DNA from: Tubiluchus corallicola
Lineage: Eukaryota > Animalia > Priapulida
Reading direction: 5' to 3'
Length of the DNA stretch: 64,000 nucleotides
Assembly: GCA_030141605.1 (NCBI GenBank)
Contig: JAQGDQ010000334.1
Coordinates: 194,841-258,840, forward strand
The notes under the pieces were generated by a model, which saw only the letters and a program-made list of their open reading frames with translations, had not been told where the DNA came from and did not search any database. Shown here in pieces: positions 56,205-64,000 of this stretch (the first letter of the stretch is position 1; each line of letters begins with the position of its first letter). The position numbers were made by a program, and so were the translations under genes.

Positions 56205-57457
56205 GTAAGTGAAGAAATTATTTCACAATTGCTGTCTTGGTAGTAATAACGAGAACAGGAACTTAAATAGATTATTACGATCATTGTTTATGGCACGTAA
56301 TATTAAAATGCGATACCTTTTGTTTATGTGACCTATTAATATTCATTGTTCTTACATTTTTTGCTTAATAGTTTAATCATTTGTCCTTTTCCAAAAGAAG
56401 TAGCATCATTGATCATGTCTTTACACTATCTGTCTAGAACTGGTTATGAAAGACCTTGCGTTTACAATAAAATCATATTTATTACTTATTATTAGCAATA
56501 TTACTTTCTTTGAGATAAGTTTTCCATCAAAAATCTTTTATACATTTTGTATATATACCCTACTAATACTTGATTGTAATTATTTTTCTATGGATACCGT
56601 AAAATGTTTATGTGTATGTGTGTTTAGCTAAGTTTTTCTTGTGATTTTTTGTATTTTAATGCTTCATTGATCAGGTGGAATTTGAAGCAAGCAGTGTGAG
56701 TTGAAGTTTTATTAAAGTACTGTTTTCTTACATTTTTATTTCACTATTTTATAATGCTTGCAGAAATTTTGCGGTACTGTTTAAAACGAGCTATGTTAGA
56801 TTCTTTGCAGTGAATTGTTTATGACATTTGTTATGCCAAGTTTGTAATTAATTGTCTTAATTATTAGATTTAAACTGAGTCTTAAGGTGGTACTGCAAAT
56901 CTAGGTTGTTTACTGTATTACATGCTTGAGTAGAGCTAATTGCATTCACCAGCTACTTCGTTATATACTTTATATTATATACTTCGTTTTATACTTATAT
57001 TTATATTGTTAGAAAAATACCGTTTTTATGAACGTTTCATAGCAGTGATACTTTGCTAGTGCAAAACATTAGGTTGGACATTGAAATGAAATATGACCAT
57101 ACTTTTACATGATTTCATATAGCTTTCTTTAATGTTGGTCTACTTAACCCTGCATTTTGCTGGAACTCTTTAGTGTTGTTAAGCAGGGATTTACTGTACA
57201 ATGATTTGCATGCTATATAACCATTTCACCATTTGAAGAATGAACTACAACATTAAAATTTCTACTTCTATTGAATAATACCATAATTAGTCATAATTAT
57301 TCAGTTTCTGGACTAATCAAAATTGCCGACTTATTGCCACACAGGCAATTTTTGTAATATTTCGTATATATATATATTTACTTAATTTTGCATAGCCTGA
57401 CTTTGCCCGGTCTAAATGTTTTTTTGTTCTATGGTTTACAGAACTCATTTTTTTCAG

Positions 57458-57642
57458 AACACATTGTACTATGATGTATGGTGGGTTAGCCAGCACACTG
57501 TGGTTTTATGGATTAGCATGTTAGTATTATACACATCATATCACTTATCTCCATATTATTGTGATGTGCTTCATAGAGCAGCTTTACATCTTGGAAGGTG
57601 GCAGAAAGTGGAGGGTAGGAATGCTCATGTTCCCTACAATGT
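57458..57642 (+). CDS. TMEM39: TMEM39, coding exon 7
   Basis: NTLYYDVWWVSQHTVVLWISMLVLYTSYHLSPYYCDVLHRAALHLGRWQKVEGRNAHVPYN(V); YCDxLHxxAxHLGxWQK motif. Confidence 0.95.
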
Positions 57643-59175
57643 GTAAGTAACAGGACTTATGATAAATGTGATTATTTTAGACTTGAACCTTGCAATGTAT
57701 TGTATGTTTTGTTTACATTAACACATCAGTTAAATTAGCTTTAACTGACTTATGGATTATAACTGTAATAAGAGAATTAATGAACCTAACACAATTTATA
57801 ATAAATGTCAATTAACCTAAGAGGTATAGAGCTGACAAATCACAAGGTCTCGGGTCGAAGTCCTGACGTGCTCAAGACTTTTCAGTGTACACCCCGTCTC
57901 ATTAGGTCTTAGGTTAATTGTTATTTTGTATAAAGTGCTAGGTTTATTAATTCTGGCTTATAGGAAAAATTTGTAGTATATGTACGTACACAGAATTAAA
58001 TTTTATGTCATGTTTAGTTTGCAGCTGGAGGTTTGTTTAGATTAGATTACTTTATTATTTGCCTCTTGTAATCTTGTTAGATTACATGATATTGCGCTGT
58101 CACTGGACTGTCATCCCCAGAGACCAGTGTCACCTAACAGGGCCCGAGTGCTCAGTACGAGGAGATGGCAAAGTATCTAAAAAATGGGACATTACCGCTG
58201 AAAAGAATCAAAAGATTAGTAGTTAGCACTAAGAAAAATGACCTTAAATAGCCTTAGCAATGAATGCAAATCCTACCTATGAAAAAAGTAGCCACATTCA
58301 GGCCAGCATTTTGGCGACGAAGGCCACCAATACCTGAAGCTAATCCTAATCTCACACTAATCTAACCTAGTACGCCTTACGAGGGATGTGGCGTATAAAC
58401 CTAGTGAATGTGTACAAATGTGGGATGCCCTAATCTGACTAATGAACAGTATTTCCCACATTGAGCCTCACTAAATGGAAAACACAGAAAAGTAAATTAC
58501 CCTAGAAAGAACCAGTATTATATACCAAGATTGCTTTGACTCAAGTCCAGGGTGGACAAGGAAAAGGAAACTGACCAGCCTAGTACAGAACACCTAGTCA
58601 CATTGAACACTGTAACGGGTGATGTTATGATAGTTTTATATTTCGACAGAAAAAAGTGGGGCAGAAAGAATGTTTCTGATTTGATAATTTGAAAGGAGAT
58701 TCCATTAAAGCATTAGCTATCCAATGCAGAAGTTTAGGAATAATTTTATTATATTGCAAAACACAAGGGTGGCATCTGTATGTCCAAACAGAATGTAGCA
58801 TTCATTACATAAAGTAAAGGGTAATGCTTGGCTAATCAAACTGCCTTCTTCACAATATTACCAAAAAATAGGCGAGTTACATATGCACTTGCTACTCATG
58901 AATAAGGAATGTACCTTAATTTTAGATTCATCTGCCCAAATCATTTAATGACTATTTGTTTGGTTTCTGCAGAGTTTACACAACTATAGTAGAATATACA
59001 TAAAGAATATATAGTGCTTACATATATCATGTAAATATGTTTTTTAAGGAGAGAGAGAGAGAGAGAGTAATCTAAAATCTGAAACTAAGTTTTATGCTTC
59101 TGAGATGAACTTGAACTATATTGAATATATTGCAATATTACTTAATATTTGGTGCAATATGTATATATATTTCAG

Positions 59176-59296
59176 CTGGTCAGAGCTGCAAACATGGCCA
59201 CAGAATGCTCTAGTCAAACATATAAAGGGTTTATTTAAAGCAGAAGCTCTGTGTAATGCCGCTGAGCCTGGAAACTCCTCTCATCAAAGATTCTAT
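59176..59296 (+). CDS. TMEM39: TMEM39, coding exon 8
   Basis: WSELQTWPQNALVKHIKGLFKAEALCNAAEPGNSSHQRFY (cf. WSENTIWPQGVLVRH...SHARFY). Confidence 0.95.
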
Positions 59297-59392
59297 GTAA
59301 GTATACATTATTGTACTATGTATCCTAAGTGTAAACTGCAATGTTGTGCAATGTGAAACTACTGTCAGCTTTTTCATGTTTTATTTATATAT

Positions 59393-59606
59393 TACCACTC
59401 TACCTCTCTGGTGTGTTCTTCCTCCCTCTTGTTACCCGGTGCTACCACTCTTACCTCTCTGGTGTGTTCTTCCTCCCTCTTTTGTTACCCCATGCTACCA
59501 CTCTTACCTCTCTGGTGTGTTCTTCCTCCCTCTTTTGTTACTCCGTGCTACCACTCTTACCTCTCTGGTGTGTTCTTCCTCCCTCTTTTGTTACCCCATG
59601 CTACCA
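59393..59606. repeat. 53-bp minisatellite, 4 copies, in the last TMEM39 intron
   Basis: tacca starts at 59393, 59443, 59496, 59549 and 59602 (first unit is 50 bp). Confidence 0.95.
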
Positions 59607-60384
59607 ATCCATATTGGGTAAGAATTTGGCTGCTTTATTATACACATTTTCTCTCTAATGCTAGTAAATTTACCAATTTAAAGTTTCAATCTTTTCATGG
59701 CCCAAACTATGCTGTACATTATGGGTAGTTTTTATCCAACAACAAGTAAATTTCCACCTTTGTGTGTATAAGTTACAATAATTGAGAAAATTTGTAAAGA
59801 CAATTAGGAAAATATGGTGGCTAAAAAATAAACTATGTGTATTTTAATGTTGCACTGAATACAAGTAAAATGGTGATTATATTTTCTACGACATCATCAT
59901 TTTAACTTTTGCAACTGTACGTGTATTTTTAAATCGTATGACTATTTTTGTTATTGCCCTAAAATGGCATTGAACCATATGCACAACATTGTGTACAAAA
60001 TAGTGCAATACTATGCCTTGCTTTCAATGCTTTAACTAACAAACAAAAAAGAGAATTAAAAAGCTGAGTTCACTAAGCCAGTGAGTCATTTATTTATTCA
60101 GTTCCTTGATTCATAATTTATGAGTTAATCAGTATGTAAGGTACTAAAAAAGTCAGTCCATCAGTTGGTCAGTGTGCAAGTCAATGAGTTTGCCTTCAGC
60201 AAATTAGTCACTGAGTTAGTTAGATGGTCAATATTTTTGTCAACAACTTAGTCGTTCAAGTTTTTCAAGTTATTGTACCTTTCTTGTGTTAAAGACTTTA
60301 TTATTTTCCGTTAAGATAAATTTTCCTAATTTATTATAGCTGTCTTGTTAAAAACTTATTTATTAAATTCCGCTAACATTTCAG

Positions 60385-60612
60385 TTTCTATTCCACGAAC
60401 CTCTGCGGGTAGTGTCACTACTTTTGGCAGTTCAATTGTGTGTAGCTGTTGTACAACTCGGCATGTTGATACGATCAACTGAATGGAACCATCTCGTTTC
60501 TCTGTCACTACTGCTTTTCTGCAATTATTACACTTTGTTTCGACTTGCAAGAGATTATTTGTTAATGGCTAAGGTTTATAAAGGGGAACACGGTTTAAAC
60601 GAGACTGATTAA
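60385..60612 (+). CDS. TMEM39: TMEM39, terminal coding exon
   Basis: FLFHEPLRVVSLLLAVQLCVAVVQLGMLIRSTEWNHLVSLSLLLFCNYYTLFRLARDYLLMAKVYKGEHGLNETD*. The nine exons sum to 1275 nt (424 aa + stop). Confidence 0.95.
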   Translation, partial: FLFHEPLRVVSLLLAVQLCVAVVQLGMLIRSTEWNHLVSLSLLLFCNYYTLFRLARDYLLMAKVYKGEHGLNETD

Positions 60613-63045
60613 TTAGTAAGAAATACGTTACCTTTGTTTTTTACCGCTTTTATCGTAGGATAAATTTTACCAATAAATTTATTAAAATTGTCAGATGGGG
60701 TGATACATTATCATTTTTTTAGTCATATCAAACCTGACATCAAAATTTAAGCAAAATGCAGGTGCTGTTAGTTACTTAGTAATACTAGCAGTTTTATTTA
60801 GAGGAAAAACACATTTAAATTTATTTATTTTGATATTATAATGATATGATGGACATTTAAGTTGTAATAAATATGTTGATGTGACAGTTTGTCGACTTAT
60901 ACTTGCATGGTAAATTTAAAAATTTTTGGTTATTTTTTTGCTTAGCACTTGTACCTTTCTACCAAATTTTGGTATCACTTTTAATGTTGAAAATTCAAAT
61001 CAACAATTTCGTGGAATCAAAATAATTTACTTGCAATAAATAACACTAGACATTTGACAAAGTCATAAACTTAAGGTTCTGCATTGTGACCAAAACTGTT
61101 AAAAATCTTTGCTGATTTGATCATTGCCTCACGTGATGCAGCCACATCCCCTTTTTGAAAAATACCTAGTGCACATCTACCCTTACCAACCTATGCATAC
61201 ACTCAAACACATAGCACATTCATCTATGACACGTCACCTCGCCACGCCCATTTTTCAAAAGATACCTTATACACATACACTCACCCGCTTATCCACATAT
61301 GCATAAACATTAACTTTTCTATGATACTGTTAGAAAAGCTGAGTGACAAAGCCCTTTGCCCGAAACTTTCACATTTCGGCTCCTAACTTGGACCTTTCCT
61401 GGACTTGAAAAATACTGAATGCACATCTACTCCACAGGACCTAAATACTTGTGAAAAACATTTTGAATTAACTCAAAGCCCTAGGAGAAGCAAAAACTAA
61501 CAGATGTCCTCTGTCCTTGACTTTTTGACCCAGGTCACCACACTACTGCTTGTCACCCATCCTCAGGTACCACCCACCTAGTTTGGTGACTCTAGGTACC
61601 ACCGTTTTGGAGTTATTCACAGTGGAAAAACAAAGAATAAACAGTTTATTTCCAATAAGATTCTGCTATATGCTTAATATAAGCACAAAACTTCAAGAGT
61701 GAATTGTCTGACATACCGTTTAGTTATATATGATTAGTGATTAATTTAATCTATGTACATGTAATACATATACTAGAAAACCTGATAAAATTATAGCTAA
61801 TTTCAAGTCAAAATGCATAATACATAAATTTTCATGAATATCACAAATAATAGAGCACTATAGTTATCCTTGAATTAAGGCATGTGTATATGGCATAAAC
61901 TTTCTTAAGATTCATGCTGATCGCATGCTTAAACTTTTCACAAGGATTTAAAGTCTTTTTTGAATGGCTGGGAATTTGCGTTTGGGTGATTGACTGGCTG
62001 GAAGTTATTTGAAAAATGAACTTGTGCATAGGTGTCATTGAAAAAAATGAAAAACACCGTGCATCGGCACATTTTTGATACTCGGCTCAGTTAAAAAAAC
62101 AATGACTTATTTCTGTTCGCATAACATTAAGCTTTAATTTGAATCATTAATCTTGAAACATGAATCTGCAAACTTGCTTAACTCCGCCCCTCTGAGAAAC
62201 GTGACAGCCACACATTTCAAAAAATTCTGCATATAAAACAACCGTTACAAGAATAATCAGTGTATAACCGAGGTACCTGTATTTATTTCATAAGTTTTGG
62301 TTTAAATCATTGGCATGTAGCGAGGTAATACAACCATTGCAAACAAAAAAATAATTGGAAAATTATATGAAACAACAAAACTTGGTGTGATTAAAGTAAT
62401 GATCAATCAAATAAAACAAAAATTATTCTATGGACTCTACGACTAAACGAAATGACAATAGTCAAAAATGCTAAATGATTTGGAGTAACAGTGTTGTTGA
62501 ACACCAATTGTACTCACTTTCCAATACCTTCGTCTGGATAATAAGTTTAAATTGACGGAGAACTTAACTATAATTTTTGCCACAAAATTTGAGTGTTACG
62601 GCTATTTTTCTAATAAGATCTGAAATCCTTTTGTATTACCTGTATACAGAATACAATAAAAAACTTACACAGTAATTGCATACTGTAACTTATACATGTA
62701 CTAAGAGGAAAAAATTAGATTACGGAGCACCATTAATAATGTTAGCACTTTAAAGAGAACTGTGAGCATGTCAGACTACTTTATCATGAAAATAACTGGA
62801 TATGAATGATATCAGAATTGACTAATCAGTAAACACACATGAAAAAATTAACTGCAAATATTTCACAAACATGTGACAATAAACATGAATAACAAAACTT
62901 GTATTGTGTCAACAACTCTCAAGTCAGTTTAGTGCATCACTGACTGCAAACATTTTATTTACAAACAAGTGACAATAAACACAAATAACATGGTAACAAC
63001 AACCGTCAAATCACTAACCACAAAATAATAAAATATCACAATCAG

Positions 63046-63453
63046 CTAATCTCGAACTTTTTCTCTTTCATACACGCACAAACAATTGACATTTTCAATA
63101 CAATATTTTTTAACCAGATCTTCCAGTTGAAATAAATGTTCGTCATAGATATGCGGTGCAATCGCTCTCATTGCCTCAGCCAAATTCAGCAAATATTCTG
63201 TGTTTCTACCACTTGGTCCTACCGAGTCATGTATTTGCTGTGCGATGCTTTCTAGAGGAGCAGGACCAGCAAAAAAAGGATTGTTTTCAGCACCTAGATA
63301 TATGAGTAATTCAAATGGTTCTAAAGTTGAATCCTGTGGATGGAATAGTACTGGAACTGTTTCGTATCCATCTTTTTCCCGGAAATCGAGATATGCTTTT
63401 ACTTTTCCAATGTCTTCCTTGTTGATCTCGTATGCTACACCCCAAACCTTTTC
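63046..63453 (-). CDS. CHAC2: ChaC-family glutathione-specific gamma-glutamylcyclotransferase (CHAC2-like), terminal exon
   Basis: ttcacag|EKVWGVAYEINKEDIGKVKAYLDFREKDGYETVPVLFHPQDSTLEPFELLIYLGAENNPFFAGPAPLESIAQQIHDSVGPSGRNTEYLLNLAEAMRAIAPHIYDEHLFQLEDLVKK...RD*. Contains the VWGVAY, YLDFREK and GPSGRNTEYL motifs. Upstream exons lie beyond the window. Confidence 0.93.
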   Translation of the reverse strand, partial: EKVWGVAYEINKEDIGKVKAYLDFREKDGYETVPVLFHPQDSTLEPFELLIYLGAENNPFFAGPAPLESIAQQIHDSVGPSGRNTEYLLNLAEAMRAIAPHIYDEHLFQLEDLVKKYCIENVNCLCVYEREKVRD

Positions 63454-63739
63454 CTGTGAAGAATAATAAAGTTGCGAGAATTATCAAAAAAAATCCAATT
63501 TACATTTTAATAATAAAAAGAGATAACAAATCTGCACTTTGTAAATTAAACAAATTTTATTGCTTTTGTTACAAGACATTTCACAGACTGAGATGAGATC
63601 AAAGGACTCAGTGACAAGACGTAGTTCAGACACTGAACAGTGAGCAGGCAACATTTCAGTATAAGAAATGTCTCAGCGTGGCGGTCATAGTTATGTTTTA
63701 GGTAAAGCACTAAACATATGGTGAGAAAGTTTATAACGG

Positions 63740-63815
63740 GTGAGCAAATTGAGGCCCGCGGGCCACTTGCGGCCCACGAAGAGATTTGTCAACCTAATGA
63801 AAGTGCGGCCCGGGC
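63740..63815 (+). mobile_element. Fragment of a hAT/Charlie-like terminus in a CHAC2 intron
   Basis: ggcccgcgggccacttgcggccc is characteristic of Charlie-type ends; no partner TIR or TSD seen. Confidence 0.4.
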
Positions 63816-64000
63816 GATTAATTGAGTGTATCCAGCTGAAGTCCATGCCACGATCCCAAAGATAGTGTGGGTAGTTTTTTCTACTAGATCGGATGCCATT
63901 AACCCTTACAAGACGGTTGTAGCTTAATGTCACTGTACTACACAGACTGTGTGATACACATTACTAATATGCATTGTAATGAAATTACCACTATCTGTCC

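Noticed and set aside
59341-59728. Repeat-containing ORFs or CRISPR-like array
   Set aside because: A 53-bp intronic minisatellite with no spacers.
63200-63466. Plus-strand 88-aa ORF
   Set aside because: Antisense shadow of the CHAC2 exon.

Overview
AT-rich genomic DNA from an invertebrate animal (intron-rich, microsatellites, LINEs, SINEs and DNA transposons; probably lophotrochozoan, but that is inference). It is not prokaryotic, and most ORF-track entries are spurious. Four spliced genes can be built by hand with GT-AG boundaries and consistent phases. (1) A prohormone-4/IDLSRF-like neuropeptide precursor on the minus strand: signal and peptide exon 27910-28087, LDLa exon 4332-4460 across a ~23.4 kb intron, with the 3' exon(s) apparently left of the window. 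(2) A complete 3-exon cystatin-B/stefin gene (minus, 40562-47691). (3) A complete 9-coding-exon TMEM39 gene (plus, 52009-60612). (4) The last exon of a CHAC2-like gamma-glutamylcyclotransferase (minus, 63046-63453). Introns and spacers hold an uninterrupted 5'-truncated LINE RT, several decayed LINEs, two hAT-type elements with perfect 8-bp TSDs, a long-hairpin repeat family, tRNA-derived SINEs and minisatellites. The most notable observations are an apparent second IDL-like peptide in the prohormone and a recursive-splice-type AG|GTAAG exon in TMEM39.
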